DNA from: the human T2T-CHM13v2.0 reference genome, Homo sapiens
Assembly (NCBI RefSeq): GCF_009914755.1
Contig: NC_060935.1
Length of the DNA: 64,000 nt
Direction: 5' to 3' (one strand)
Below are positions 15,789 to 34,542 of this stretch, piece by piece (position 1 is the stretch's first letter; every line of letters begins with the position of its first letter). The notes beneath the pieces were generated by a model. The model had not been told where the DNA came from. It ran no database searches and was given only the letters and a program-made list of their open reading frames with translations. Position numbers and translations under genes: made by a program.

Positions 15789-18005
15789 CTATTCTGGCTT
15801 ATAGGGTTTCTGCCGAGAGAGATCCGCTGTTAGTCTGATGGGCTTCCCTTTGTGAGTAACCTGAGCTTTCTCTCTGGGTGCCCTTAACATTTTTTCCTTC
15901 ATTTCAACTTCGGTGAATCTGACAGTTATGTGTCTTGGGGTTGCTCTTCTCAAGGAATATCATTGTGGTATTCTCTGTATTTCCTGAATTTGAATGTTGG
16001 CCTGTCTTGTTAGGTTGGGGATGTTCTCTTGGATAATATCCTGAAGAGTGTTTTCCAACTTGGCTCCATTCCCCCTGTCACTTTCAGGTACACCAATCAA
16101 ACGCAGATTTGGTATTTTCACATAGTCCCTTATTTCTTGGAGGCTTTGTTCATTTCTTTTTATTCTTTTTTCTCTAATCTTCTTGCTTTATTTCATCAAG
16201 TTGATCTTCAATCTCTGATATCCTTTCTTCCGCTTGATCAATTAGGCTATTGATACTTGTGTATGCCTCACGAAGTTCTCGTGCTGTGTTTTTCAGCTCC
16301 ATCAGGTCATTTATTTTCTTCTCTACACTGATTATTCTAGTTAGCAATTCGTCTGACCTTTTTTCAAGGTTCTTAGCTTCCTTGCATTGGATTAGAACAT
16401 GCTCCTTTAGCTCGGATTAGTTTGTTGTTACCCACCTTCTGAAGCCTACTTCTGTCAGTTCATCAAACTCATTCTCTGTCCAGTTTTATTCCCCTGCTGG
16501 TGAGGAGTTGTGATTATTTGGAGAAGAGGCGTTGTGTTTTTTGGAATTTTCAGCCTTTTTGTGCTGGTTTCTCCCCATCTTTGTGGATTTATCTACCTTT
16601 GGTCTTTGATGTTTGTGACCTTCAGATGGGGTCTTTGAGTGGACATGCTATTCCTTTCTGTTGTTAGTTTTCCTTCTAACAGTCAGGCCCCTTTGCTTCC
16701 GGTCTGCTGCAGTTTGCTGGAGGTCCACTCCAGACCCTGTTTGCCTGGATGTCACCAGGAGAGGCTGCAGAGCAGCAATCATTACTGCCTGTTCTTTCCT
16801 CTGGAAGCTTTGTCCCAGAGGGACACCTGCCAGATGCCAGCCAGAGCTCTTCTGTATGGGGTGTCTGTCCGCCCCTACTGGGAGGTGTCTTCCAGTCAGG
16901 ATACATGGGGGTCAGGGACCCACTTGAGGAGGTAGTCTGACCCTTAGCAGAGTTTGAAAACTGTGCTGGGAGGTCTGCTACTCTCTTCAGAGCCATTGGG
17001 CAGGGATGGTTAAGTCTGCTGAAGCTGCACCCGTAGCCACCCCTTCCCCCAGGTGCTCTGTCCCAGGGAGATTGGGGTTTTATCTGTAAGTCCCTGACTG
17101 GGGCTGCTGCCTTTTTTTCAGAGATGCCCTGCCCAGAGTGGAGAAATCTGGCAGTCTGGCCTCAATGGCCTTGCTGAGCTGCAGTGGGGTCCACCCAGTT
17201 CAAACTTTTGGGCTGCTTTGTTTACACTGTGAGGGCAAAACGCCTACTCAAGCCTCAGCAATGGCAGATGCCCCTCCTTCCACCAAGCTTGAGCATCCCA
17301 GGTGGATCTCAGACAGCTGCTGTGCTGGCAGTGAGAATTTCAAGCCAGTGGATCTTAGTTTGCTGGGCTCTGTGGCGGTGAGATCTGCAGAGCCAGACCA
17401 CTTGGCTCCCTGGCTTTAGCCCTCTTTCCGGGGGAGTATAGGGTTCTGTCTTGCTGGCGTTCCAGGTGCCCCTGTGGTATGGAAAAAACAATACAACAAC
17501 AAAAAAAACTCTTGCAGCTAGTTTGGTGTCTGCCTAAATGGCCGCCCAGTTTTTTGCTTGAAACCCAGGGCCCCGGTGGGGTAGGCACCGGAGGGAATCT
17601 CTTGGTCTGTGGATTGCGAAGACTGGGAAAAGCGTAGTATCTGGGCTGGAATGCACTGTTCCTCACGGCACAGTTCCTCACAGCTTGCCTTGGATAGGGG
17701 AGAAAATTCCCCAACCTCTTGCCCTTCCCAAGTGAGGTGATGCCCCACCCTGCTTCAGCTCGCCGTCTTTGGGCTGCATCCACTGTTCAACCAGTCCCAG
17801 TGAGACGAACTGGGTACCTCAGTTGGAAATGCAGAAATCACCCACCTTCTGCGTCAATCTTGCTGAGAGCTGCAGACTGGAGCTCTTTCTATTCAACCAT
17901 CTTGCCTGGGAACACACACATTTTTCTATTTGAATGTTGCCCCGGGTGGTACTGTTACTCTTCTTTTCCAGTCTTTGCCACCCCACATGTAGGCAGTTGC
18001 CGGTA

Positions 18006-18564
18006 TGAAATAATCAAAAGGATAAGAATCCAGCTTAAAAGAGTTTATTCAAACACAAAGCTGTGGATGCCCATCCAGGAAACACAGACTCCAAGGAAAT
18101 AGGGTCAGTGCTTCAAAGTTGAAAAGTTAAGATCATATTTGTATAGGCAGAAAACAAAGATATTTAGCAGAATAACATTTTCCACACAAAGTTGGCTTCT
18201 GAGTTACAGCAATTTGATTAGTTACAGCTTGTTTGTTTTCTTTTTCCAATTTAAAAGAATATATTTAACAGTCCATCTTAGAAAGTGTGTCTTTGTGTAA
18301 GAGAAGAAAAAGGGAAGTTAATCTATAATGAAGATCAACAGTAAAGAGGGAAGGAGTCTTCTTTGACATCCTTTAGTTATTTGCAGCATTTAGCAAAGCA
18401 GTGTAAGTTAGGGGGGAATAAAAGGCTAATCTGTAGTCAGGGAAATCAAGGCTATGTCTGCCTAGGTTACAGCTGCCTGTTAGTGACTGAGGTCCCAAAA
18501 TCACATTCCTTTAAGGCTCAGAATAAAAGTTCCAAAATTTGGTTTTGAATTACTTATTTTCACA
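18006..18564 (-). mobile_element. ERV1 solo LTR (MER67-like)
   Basis: TG...CA ends; minus strand starts TGTGAAAATAAGTAATTCAAAA; AATAAA on the minus strand near the 3' end. Confidence 0.6.
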
Positions 18565-18719
18565 CAATGAAAATATGAAGAATGACTGAGCATTGACAGG
18601 GAGATGAGTTCATTGGGTGGTATTATTTGCTTACTGCTTGTTTTTTGCCTACACTAATAAAAGTTGTCAATACTTGTGAGGATAGGGAACAGAAAAAAAT
18701 GAAAAACTATACTTTAGTC

Positions 18720-18878
18720 CAGTAGTTCTCAGTGAGGTCACTGGATCAGAAACTCCATCATATAAGAACTTGTTAGAAGTGTGGATTATCTGGCCCCACC
18801 CAAGACTTAGTGAATCAGAAACCTTGGGGACGAGACCAGCAGCCTATGTTTTAAGAAACCTTCAAAGTAATTGTGATA
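18720..18878. mobile_element. MER5A (hAT-Charlie)
   Basis: CAGTAGTTCTCA...GGCCCCACCCAAGACTTAGTGAATCAGAAAC. Confidence 0.7.
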
Positions 18879-18891
18879 ACCTATTTCACCC

Positions 18892-19107
18892 CAGGGATTG
18901 GCAGTCTGCAGCCTATGGACCTAATCTGGTCTATAACCTGTTTTTTTGTAAGTAAAATTTTATTGAAACAAAACCATACCCATTTGTTCATTTTAGTTTA
19001 TGGATGCTTTTGTGCTACATCAGCAGAGTTGAGTAGCTGCAATAGAGAACATATAGCCAAAAGTATTTACCATCAGGTTCTTTACAGAAAAAGTTTGCTG
19101 ACTCCTG
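18892..19107 (+). mobile_element. MER58A (hAT-Charlie)
   Basis: CAGGGATTGGCA...TTTACAGAAAAAGTTTGCTGACTCCTG. Confidence 0.8.
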
Positions 19108-19113
19108 CTTTAG

Positions 19114-19407
<294 letters not shown>

Positions 19408-21471
19408 TAAACACTTTTCATCACATATTTATAGCTAATTTTGAATACAATTTCATGTGTTATAAGTTAACATGACTTAGCAGTTTGGGTTGGCTACTAA
19501 TTGACCGTTTGCTAATTCTTTCAGTAAAAACAGTTTTAGAACATCTACTCTGTACCAGGTATTTTGCTAAGCAGTAGGGATTCAGAGATAAAATATATAA
19601 CTATTTAACTAACCTGAATGGTTGCAGACCCAGGACAAGGGAAAATCTTCAAGAAAGAGTATTTTTTTTTTTCATAGAATGATAATTGTGGAGAAAAAAA
19701 TTTTAGGATTAGAATAGAAAAAACCATGACTTCATCCTGGAAAAACATTATGATAGGAATTTTTTTTAATTAAAAGATTATAGAATGATTAAAAACTCTT
19801 GGATGCAAGATATTTTAATAAATACAACATAGGAATAGCAAAGCAATACTGATATTGTGCTTTTAAAGTACATTATGGCTGATATCACATAGGTACAATT
19901 TTGTGATTGGGATATACAATTACAAAATTCTTTTATACACAATAACCTATAAAGCATGTGAAGAGATCAGAAAATATTATTGATAATCAAGAAAAGTAGG
20001 CACTAGAAAAAGATCTATATATGATATTGATGCTGTATTTTACAATCTTTAAAATAACAATGATGTTTAAAAGGAAATAGAAGGAATAATGGCCAAAATG
20101 AATGGATACTTCGAATAGAGAACTAGAACACATAGAAAAGAAATGGACAGTCTAGAACTGAGAAATGCACTTGATTAAATTAAAAGCTTATTCAAGGGTT
20201 TAAGAATGGATTGGATACAACAGAATACAAAAGTAGTGAACTTGAAGACAGAGAAATAGAAAATACCCAAACTGAAGCACAGAGAAGGAAAAATACATAA
20301 ATAACAGAACAAAGTTTAAAAGACATATGGGACACAGAAGTTCTAAAATATGTGTGACTGAAGTTCCAGAAGGAAAGGAGAGAAACAAAAGGACAGAATA
20401 ACTTCGCAAAACTAATAAAAGAAAGCAAACAACAAATTCATAAAGTGCAGTGAACCCCAAGCAGGATAAATACAAGAAAATCACAGCTAGATGTATGAAT
20501 CAAGCCTCCAAATTATAAAGAAAAAGTTTCAAAAGCAACCAAGCAAGGTTGTTTTTATTTTTCAAGGAACAACAATAATGATATTGACAGTGACTTGTTA
20601 ACAGCAACTGTGAACTCCAAAGACAATGGCATATTTGAAAAAGTGTGGAAAGAATAAAACTTGACAGCATAGAATTCTTTATCCAATGAAGAAATATTCT
20701 TGAAAAATTAAATAGGAATAAAAATTTTTTTTAGTATCCTCACTTCCCTGCAACAGTAACTGTGGTGATGGGTATGTTAATTAATTTGATTGTCATAATC
20801 ATTTCACAGTAAAAATGTAAATCAAGTCATTATGTTGTACACCTTGAATACATGCAGTTTTTGTCAATTGTACCTCAGTAAATCTGGAAAAAATCTTTTA
20901 GTAAATCAGATGAGAAGTAGAAAAACGTACATTTTTTTCAAACAAACAAAAGCTGAAATAATTTGTAGCTGGCAGACCTGTGCTACTAAGATTCAGTAAA
21001 GGAAGTTTCTTAGGCAGGGGGAAAATTATCCAGATTGAAGCATGGAACTACAAGAACAAACCAAAAGCACTGGTAAGGCTAAATAGATGGGTGAGGATTA
21101 AAAAGTGTTGATGGGTCAAAAAGTTGGCAAAGGATATGAATAGACACTTCTCAAAAGAAGACATTTATGCAGCCAACAGACATAGGAAAAAATGCTCATT
21201 ATCCCTGGTCATCAGAGAAATGCAAATCAAAACCACAATGAGATAATATCTCACGCCAGTTAGAATGGCGATCACTAAAAAGTCAGGAAACAACAGATGC
21301 TGGAGAGGAGGTGGAGAAATAGGAAGGCTTTTACACAGTTGGTGGGACTGTAAATTAGTTCAACCAGTGTGGAAGACAGTGTGGCGATTCCTCAAGGATC
21401 TAGAACAAGAAATACCATTTGACCCAGCAATCCCATTACTGGGTATATACCCAAAGGATTGTAAATCATGT

Positions 21472-21795
<324 letters not shown>

Positions 21796-21878
21796 TTATT
21801 GTGGCAGTGTTCACAATAGCAAAGACTTGGAACCAACCCAAATGTCCATCAATAATAGACTGAATAAAGAAAATGTGA

Positions 21879-22299
<421 letters not shown>

Positions 22300-23065
22300 T
22301 CACAAGAACAGAAAACTAAACACCGCATGTTCTCACTCATAAGTGGGAGTTGAAAAATGAGAACACATGGACACAGGGAGGGGAACATCACACACTGGGA
22401 CCAATCTGAGGCTGGGGGGCTGGGGGAGGGATAGCGTTAAGAGAAATACCTAATGTATATGACGAGTTGATGCATGCAGCAAACCACCATGGCACGTGTA
22501 TACCTATGTAGCAAACCTGCACATTGTGCACATGTACCCTAGAACTTAAAGTATAATAATAATAAAAAAATTGATGGGTAAACACAATAATAACTTTCTT
22601 TTAGCATTTATGAAATACATAAAAGTCAAATATATAACAATAGCATAGAGGGTAGTCAAGGGGTAAATGGAATTAAATTTGTCGTAAGGTACTAGCAATG
22701 CTTGAAAAACAGTAAAAAGTTCTAATTTAAGAGAAGCTAATATTCAAAGATGAACATTGTAGTATTCAGGGGGCCAATTAAAAGACCAGTAGAAAAAGAT
22801 ATAACTAAAAAGCTTATAAGGAGGTAAAATGGCATGATTAAAAAAAGCTTGAATAATTCAAAAGAATCTGAGAAAAGAAAAGCAAAAACAGAAGAAACAC
22901 ACAAAAAATAAATAGCAGCATGGTGGATTAAACACACTTTATTACATTAAATATACACCTTTGGGGTAGAGGAAGGGATCTGACTAGAGTTGTCAGTATA
23001 TTATCTGAAATGTCAAGTTTTCAACAAAAATTGGACTTTACGCTCCAATTAAAAGACAAAGATTA

Positions 23066-23413
<348 letters not shown>

Positions 23414-25197
23414 TTATACTGATCCCCCCAGGGATGACTTCTAGGAAACCATGCTTAAAAATATAATCAAAAACTTAAGAGAAAAAGCTAACAGAAAACT
23501 GAGTAACTACACATTGCAGGAGAAACAGAAACTACACAATTAGTTCAGGTAAGTCACTAAACAAATTATCAGAAAGAAGAAAACACAAAGCCAGCAACAT
23601 AATAAACCTTTGGTGTTGGAGGGATCTGATATCAAAACTTTACAGTATTTTATGTAAAATGTACGATTTTCAAGAAAAATATGTGAAACATGCAAAGATA
23701 CAAGAAATTTTTGACATGTACCCAAGGAAAACGTAACCCATAGAAATTATCCCTGAAGTGGATTGGATTTTAGACTTAGTATAAAACAAAACTGTAACAT
23801 TGTTTTAATAATTATAAAGTAAGGCTACTTTTACTCAATATTGGATTAGAGGTTCTAGCCAGGGCAATTAGGTGAGAAGGAATAAAAGGAAAAAGTAAAA
23901 TTGTATTTGCAGATGGCATGAGCTTGTATATGTAAAATCCTAAGAAATTCACTGAAACCTATTATCACCAATAAATAAGTTTATCAATGTGGCAGGATAT
24001 ACAAAATCAATTTTATTTCTATATGCTAACATTAAGGAATCCAAAACTCAAGTTACAGAACGATTTCTGTTTACAGTTAGCATTGAAAAAATCTTTGAAA
24101 TAAATTTAGCAAAATAGTACAAGACTTTTACAATGGAAACTATAAAATATTGTTGAAATTAAAGAAGACCTAAATATATTGGAAGACATTCCACGTTTAA
24201 GGATCAGAAGACTTAATATTATTAAGATGGCAATATTCTTTGAATTGCACTAGATTCGATACAGTCCTTATCAAAATTTCAGCTTTGCCAAAATTGACAG
24301 TCTGATGCTAAAATTCGTATAGAAACGCAAGAGTCCCAGAATAGCCAAAACAGTTCTTTAATAAAAAAGAAGAAAAAGTACGAGGACTCCCACTTTCAAA
24401 TTTTAAAACTTACTACCAGGCTACAGTAATTTAGTATGGTACTGGCATAGAGATATTTCTATTCAATGAAATTCAATTTGGCAGTTTCTCAAATTTTAAA
24501 CATGAAGTTACCATATGACCCAGAAATTCTACTTCTTGATATATATCCAAGAGAAGTGAAACCGTAGGTCCACACAAAAACTTGTGCATAAATGTGTATA
24601 GCAGCATTATTCATAATAGCTAAAATTAGAAACAACCTAAATGGCTATCAATAAATGGTTAAACAAAACGTGGCTTAACCATACAGTAGAATATTTTTTG
24701 TCACAAAAGTGAAATGGAGTAGTATTCATATGCCATGAATGAACCTTGAAAACATTATGCTAAGTTAAATAAGGCAGTCACAAAAGACTACAAATTGTAC
24801 AAATCTACTCATATAAAATGTCTAAAATGGACAGATCTATAGATAGAGAAAGTATATTAGTGGTTGCTATGGTTTTAATGCTTGTGTACTTCCAAAATTC
24901 ACATGTTGAAACCTAATCCCCAATGAGACAGTATTAAGAGATGGGGCCTTTTGGAGATGACTAAGCATGAGGTTGGAGCCTTTGTGAATGAGATTAGTGC
25001 TCTTATAAAAGAGGCCTGAGGAAGCTAGCTATCCTGTCAGCCATGTGAGGATACAGTGAAAAAAGTACCATCTGTGAGGCAGAAACTGAGCCCTAATCAG
25101 ACATCAAGACTGCTGGCACCTTGGTCTTGGACTTCCCAGCCTCCAAAAACTGTGAGCAGCCAAGTTCTATTGTTTACAAATTGCCCAGACTAAAGTA

Positions 25198-25464
25198 TTT
25201 TTTTTTTTTTAGGTGGTATAGATGGAATTTTAATACAGTGAAAGAAAATAGGGAGTACTGAGTTAATGGTTTTGGGTCATCTTTATAATTATCTGGTAGA
25301 AGACTGAATTTCCATCTTACATATTATATACACAGAAATCTACAGATTGGCTACAATTTAGGTGTTCAAAATGGGAATTAAAAGTATTATAAAAGCATAT
25401 AAGATTCAGAAAGTTTAAATAGATAAATATTTTCTAATAATAAAACCATTAAAAGTTGATAACA
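25198..25464 (-). other. L1 3'-transduced flank with second poly(A)
   Basis: T13 at 25198-25210; ATTAAA on the minus strand at 25229-25234; lies inside the split LTR, directly after the L1 tail. Confidence 0.8.
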
Positions 25465-27354
<1,890 letters not shown>

Positions 27355-28085
27355 TTATAGCAAGTTGAATGAACTAAGACAGTGGTCCCTTGTGACTATG
27401 GGTAGGAGCGACAGGAATAGAGAATGACTGCTAATGGGTCTATGGTTTCTTTTTGAGTTTATGGAAATATTCCAGAATTAGATAGTGGTGATAGTTGCAC
27501 AACTCTGTGGATTTCTAAAATTCAGTGAATTGTACAATTTAAAATAGTAAATTGTATGGTATATGAATGATATCTTAAAAGGCTGTTTAAAAAACACGTA
27601 AGCATGTTCTGTCACCACAGTGGAATTAGATTTGAAAACATCTCTCAATAGATCTGCAGAAAATCCTCAAATTATAAATAACCTATGGGTCAAAGAAGAA
27701 AAAGCAATGAAAATCAGAAAATATTTTGAGCTGAATAATAATGAAAATAGGACTTATTAAAATGTCGGAAGAAGCTAAAGCAGTGCTTTCTTGGGAAATT
27801 TATAGCAAAAAAAGAGAAAAATTAAAAATCTGTTAAGCTTACATTTTAAGAAGCTATAAGTTTCACAGCAAAGTAAACCAAAAGAAAGAAGAAAACATGA
27901 CACTGATACAAAAAGATTACACTGATACAAAAATGATAAAAAATCTGAAGAGTCATATATCTTCTAACGAAATTAAACCTGTAGTTAAAAACCTTCTTAC
28001 AAATAAAATTGTAGGTCCAGATGACTTTACTGGTAAATTCTTCCCTATATTTAACGAAAATGTTGTTATGAAAGGTTATATCCAA

Positions 28086-29018
28086 TGCCTTAGTTTTCTA
28101 TAGCTGCTTGCTGTAAACTGCATATTCATATCTCCTCACTTACACCCCAATTCATGTGTTGAAACCTAATCCTCAGTGTGATGGTATTTGGAGCTGGGGC
28201 CTTTGGAATGTGATTAGGTCATGTGAGTGGACTCTTCATGAATGGGATGAGTGCCTTATAAAAGAGACCTCAAAGAGCTCTCTAATCCCTTCCGCCATGT
28301 GAGGACACGAGAAGATGGCCGTCAGTGAACCAGGAAGTGGGCCATCATCAGACACCACATCTGCCAGTGCCTTGATCTTGCACTTCCCAGCCTCCAGAAC
28401 TGTGAGAATAAATTTCTCTTATTTATAAAATACCTAGTCTATGGTATTTTGTTATAGCAATCCAAAGGGACTAACACACTACTGTATCAAATTACCATAT
28501 GCTTAGTGACTTAAATAACACAAATTTATACTTATAATTCTGGAGGTCAGAAGTTTAAAATTGATCTCATTGGGCCCAAAGCAAGGTGTCAGCAGGGCTA
28601 TGTGTCTTCTGGAGGCTTTAGGGGGTAATCCATTTTCTTTGCATTTTCCAGTTTCCAGAGGCCTTCCTAGAGCTTGCCTGCCTGGATTCCTGGCCCATGG
28701 CCCCATTACTCCATCTTCATTGCCAGCAATGTCAGTCTGAATCCTGACGCTGCCATCTCTCTGGCTCTTTTATGTCTGCCTCTCTCTTTTACTTAGGCAT
28801 AGGACTTAGCCGTGTGTGACTCCTGTAATGACAAGAACCCTTGTCATTACATTGAGCACAACTACATAATCCAGGATAATCTCCCCATCTCAAGGTTAGC
28901 TGATCAGCAACCTTAAGGCCATTTGCAATTTAAATATCCCTTTGCCATGCAATCTAACATATAGGTTCTGTGGTTTAGGATATGGACATCTTTGGGGGTG
29001 ATTATTCTGCTTACCACA
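28086..29018 (-). mobile_element. MLT1 (D/E-type) LTR containing a nested MLT1A
   Basis: TG...CA; TSD TCCAA/GCCAA; CTGGAGGTCAGAAG and ATAATCCAGGATAATCTCCCCATCTCAAG motifs. Confidence 0.75.
28109..28478 (+). mobile_element. MLT1A0-like LTR
   Basis: TG...CA; TSD CTGCT/CTACT. Confidence 0.8.
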
Positions 29019-29983
29019 GCCAATCTTACACAACTCTTTCACTGAAAAGGGAAAGAGGAAACACCAGTTTTTTATGAGGCCAGCATAACCCTAATATTGA
29101 AACCTGACAAGGATATTACAAGTAAATTAGAGGCCAACATCTCTTGTGAATATAGATACAAAAATCCTAAACAAAAAGTTACACATATAATTGAGTAATA
29201 TATTAAAATGATAATACCATAATGTTCATGTTGGGAAGTATTATTACAGGAATATAAAGTCTGTTTAACCTTTGAAAATTCACTGCATTAATAGAATAAA
29301 AGAGAATACTCATATGGTCATCTTAATTGGTACAGAGAAAGCTTTTCATGTATGTTCATTTGATAAATTTGATAATTATGATAAAAAATTATAAGCAAAT
29401 TGGGAATAGAGGGGACATTTTTAATCTGATAAAGTATCTATCAAAAATGTTTTTCAAACATAATACATAATGAAATACTGAACATTTTTCTCCTGACTTT
29501 GGAAACAAGATAAAGATGTTCACTGTAAATACTTGTCTCCAACATTATCCTGTAATTTCTAGACAATGAATGAAGACAAGATAAAGAAAAGGAATAAATA
29601 TTGGAAAGGAAGATATAAACCCTTTTATTTATTTGCAGATTACCATTTTGTATACATGGAAAATCTAGAAGGCTCTAAAAATATAGTAATAGAATTAATA
29701 AGTAAATTTTGCAATATTTTAATTGTACAGAAAAATTAATTATATTACTCTATACTATCAGAAAATGGTTAAAATGAAATTTAAAACACCATTTACCACA
29801 GCATCAAAAGCCACCAATTACGTAGAGATAAATTTAATAAAAAATATGCAATGCTGCTACACTCCATAACTTCAGGGAAAAATTTCCGTAACAAGACATA
29901 AAAATACTTACCATATGGGATTAGATGAATAAATTTGACTACATGAACATTCATAACCTCTTTATTGAAAAAAGTCATATAAA

Positions 29984-30450
<467 letters not shown>

Positions 30451-30545
30451 GTCATATAAAAAGAATTGAAAATAGTAACAACATCTGAGAAGGAACTAGA
30501 ATTCAGCTGTATAAAGAACTTTGTCAGTGGAAGAATTATGGACAA

Positions 30546-31066
30546 CTATTCATTTTCTATTGCTGCATATCAGATTACAACAAATGTAGCAGCTTTTGTG
30601 CAAGAGTCCACACACAGCTGAGTCCTCTGCTTGAGGTGTCATAAGTCTCAAAACAAGATGTTGGCTCTACCTTGTTCTCATCTGGAGAATCAGCTGGGAA
30701 TGAATCGGCTGCCAAGCTCATTCAGGTTGTCCTCAGGTTGTTCTTCATTTCCGTTGGTTGTGGATTCTTGATGGCTCTGGGTTCTTGATGGCTATTGGCT
30801 GGGGGCCACCCACAGTTCGTAGAGGCTGCCCATAGTTTTTTGTCACATGGTCTTCCTCAGTATGGCTGCTTACTTCATGGAGCTAGCAAGAAGAATCTCT
30901 AGAGTGAGTCTCTAGCAAGATGGAATTCATAATGAAACATAATCATAGGGGTGACATCCTGTCATCTTTCTTTTGATAAGAAGCTAGTCACAGGTGTTTT
31001 CTACACAAAGACATGAACACCAGGGGGCAAGGGTTAATGCTACCTTAGAGTGTGTCCATCACCACA
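30546..31066 (-). mobile_element. Old MLT1 (F/G-type) LTR
   Basis: TTTTCTATTGCTGCATA start; ...CACCACA end. Confidence 0.55.
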
Positions 31067-31241
31067 AGCCAATAGAAAAATTAGCAAAAGACTTGAATGA
31101 GGATTTCAGAAAAAAAACTATACAAATAGCATATAAACATGAAATGTGCTTAACCTTATTAGTAATGAGGAAATTAAAAAGTAAAGGTACGGTGCTCTTT
31201 TATTTATCATCAGATTGGCAAAAGATAAAGAACATTATATT

Positions 31242-31244
<3 letters not shown>

Positions 31245-31276
<32 letters not shown>
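31245..31276. repeat. (AC)16 microsatellite
   Basis: Direct read. Confidence 0.95.
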
Positions 31277-31279
<3 letters not shown>

Positions 31280-31633
31280 GAGAAAGAGAGAGAAAGTTTG
31301 TTTTAAGGGATTGGCTCACACAACTGTGTGGGCTTGCAAGGCAAGCAAGTAGGAAGTTTTCAGGACAGGCTGGCAGGCTGAAAATTCCAGCAGGGTTAAT
31401 GTTGCAGTCTTGAACCTGAGACAAAATTTTTTCCTCTTTATGAGACCTCAGTCTTTTCTCATAAGGCCCTAAGCTAATTGGATGAGGCCCACCCATGTTA
31501 TGGAAATTAATCTGCTTTACTCAAAGTTTATTGATTTAAATGTTAATCACATCTGAAAAATATCTTCACAACAACATCTATACTAGTGTTTGAATAAACA
31601 ACTGAGCACCATAACCAAGTTGACACCATCGCA
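31280..31633 (-). mobile_element. MLT2 (ERVL) LTR fragment
   Basis: TTGGATGAGGCCCACCCA...AATCTGCTTTACTCAAAG...GATTTAAATGTTAATC. Confidence 0.75.
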
Positions 31634-31879
31634 CACATCTGTAAGTGTTTACCACTATGCCTGAAAATATTGTAGCTCCTTAATGACTGTTACTTGTTTT
31701 CCTTTCTGAATGAGACTTTACTTGGGTCTTTATTTTTCAAATAAGGTTATAAATCTGCCTGCATCTTTCCAGATATACCCACACTGCTTTAGTTTGAGGC
31801 ACTCAGCAAAGGTTTCTGGAATAAATAGACAGAATTATAGACTCATCTTATGTGTTCCTGAAGCACTCTGTTTTGTTCC

Positions 31880-32026
31880 CTTATTAAGCACTTAGCACTT
31901 GTTTGTATTCTTCACTACACTCTAGCTTCATTGAATTTCAGGGATGGTATCTTTTTCTTCATTGTGAAAACCAGTATATTTTCCAGCATATAGTAAGCTC
32001 TAAATATTTGTTGAATGAATGAATGA
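31880..32026 (+). mobile_element. L2 3' end
   Basis: ATAGTAAGCTCTAAATATTTGTTGAATGAATGAATGA tail. Confidence 0.65.
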
Positions 32027-32127
32027 GCTGGAAATACTTTCATGTAATTTTTAAAGCGATCTGACATTGCATTAACATATGATGTTATTCTCAACTTGCT
32101 TAAATGCTATTAAGAATTTTAGTTCTT

Positions 32128-32757
32128 ACTTTTACACTGTTGGTGGGACTATAAACTAGTTCAACCATTGTGGAAGATAGTGTGGCAATTCCTCAAGGAT
32201 CTAGAACTAGAAATACCTTTTGACCCAGCCATCCCATTACTGGGTATATACCCAAAGGATTATAAGTCATGCTGCTGTAAAGACACATGCACACCTGTGT
32301 TTATTGCGGCACTATTCACAGTAGCAAAGACTTGGAACCAACCCAAATGTCCATCAGTGATAGACTGGATTAAGAAAATGTGGCACATACACACCATGGA
32401 ATACTGTGCAGCCATAAAAAAGGATGAGTTCATGTCCTTTGCAGGGACATGGATGAAGCTGGAAACCATCATTCTGAGCAAGCTATCGCAAGGACAGAAA
32501 ACCAAACACCATATGTCCTCACTCATAGGTGGGAATGAACAATGAGAACACTTGGACACAGGGTGGGGAACATCACACACTGGGGCCTATAGTGGGGTGG
32601 GGGGACGGGGGATGGATAGCATTAGGAGATATACCTAATGTAAATGATGAGTTAATGGGTGCAGCACACCAACATGGCACATGTATACATATGTAACAAA
32701 CCTGCACATTGTGCACATGTACCTTAGAACTTAAAGTATAATTAAAAAAGAAAAAAA
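32128..32757 (+). mobile_element. 5'-truncated L1PA (about PA5)
   Basis: Perfect 16-bp TSD AAGAATTTTAGTTCTT at 32112-32127 and 32758-32773. Confidence 0.92.
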
Positions 32758-32774
32758 AAGAATTTTAGTTCTTT

Positions 32775-33056
32775 GGCCAGATGCAGTGGCTTAAGCTTGT
32801 AATCCCAGCATTTTGGGAGGCTGAGGCAGGAGGATGACTTGAGCCCAGGTGTTTGAGACCAGCCTGGGCAACATCTTGAAACCCTGTCTCTACAGAAAAA
32901 TAGGTAAATTAGCTGGGCACGGTGGCCTGTGCCTGTAGTCTCCAAGGCCAGAGGATCAATTGAACCCAGGAGGTTGAGTCTGCAGTGAGCCATGATTGTG
33001 CCACTGGAATCCAGCCTGGGCAATGAAATGAGACCCCATCTCACAGACAAAAAAAG
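32775..33056 (+). mobile_element. AluJ
   Basis: GGAGGATGACTTGAGCCCAGG J-type left arm. Confidence 0.85.
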
Positions 33057-33446
33057 AGAATTTAAATAAAATTTAATTTTATTGAATTGAAAATAATTCA
33101 ATAAAATTTGGTAGAGATGCTTTGCTCTTGTGGATAATCAATCTGATAGGGACACATAGGTGAAAGTTAAAGACCAATAGGAATTAGGAAAATTTCTGCC
33201 ATACAGTATGTATGTTTTAGTCATACTGTTCACATTTACCTATTATAAATGTAGATATTTACCCAACAAGGGGTGTTTACCCAACAGCCATTGATCATGA
33301 CAAATATGGCAAATATTGCATAAGTTTCTAGAATATTGTGAGGCCCCATGCAGGAATTTATAATTTATTTGTAAATAATCTGCTTTTTTTAAATAAGGAA
33401 AAAATCCATAAAAACACAAATATATTTAATAAACATACACACATAA

Positions 33447-33701
<255 letters not shown>

Positions 33702-34392
33702 TAAGTTTCCCAACTGTTTATTATTTCTGTTTCAAAATGTTGATTACAGTTAAGTCCTCAACATTTTGGATAGGTTCTTGGAAACTCCAGCTTTAAGCTA
33801 AATGACCATAGTTTTTTTCGGTGTTATAATGAAATGACATTATTTTAAGATGTGCTATAAGTTGTTTCACTTAAAATGTCAGTTTTCAAAAACTTATTGA
33901 TGATATTGAGGACTTTACTGTATTTTAATAAAGTATTACCAGTTTTCTAGTTCTATGTTATAACTAGATGATGGATTCAGCCTATATTCTTTTCCTTATT
34001 TATCTAGTAGTTTTTATTCTAAATAAATATCTTCTCATTTTAGTGGTTATTAATTTTTTAAATTAAATGGTCTCCATCTGAGCTAAAATATAATGGTATT
34101 CTACCCATCCTAAGATCTTAGTAAATATTAAAGTATTTTAGTATACACTACTTTAGTACCTATTCATAGTACCCAGTAAATGGTGTTTGATCTTATTTCT
34201 GCTTTACTAATAGTAAGGGTTTACCTCAGATCCAATGTTGACTTTTCAAAAATATTTTGTTTCCTTCAAGGACACACAGATACTTTCTAGGTTAAAGCCT
34301 TTGAACTTTATGGAGAGATTGGAATTTTAGGATGCGTTGCAGTTGGGATCTTGGTTAAAAATTAAACAGATTTTCTAATTGTGTTCAGGTAA

Positions 34393-34542
<150 letters not shown>

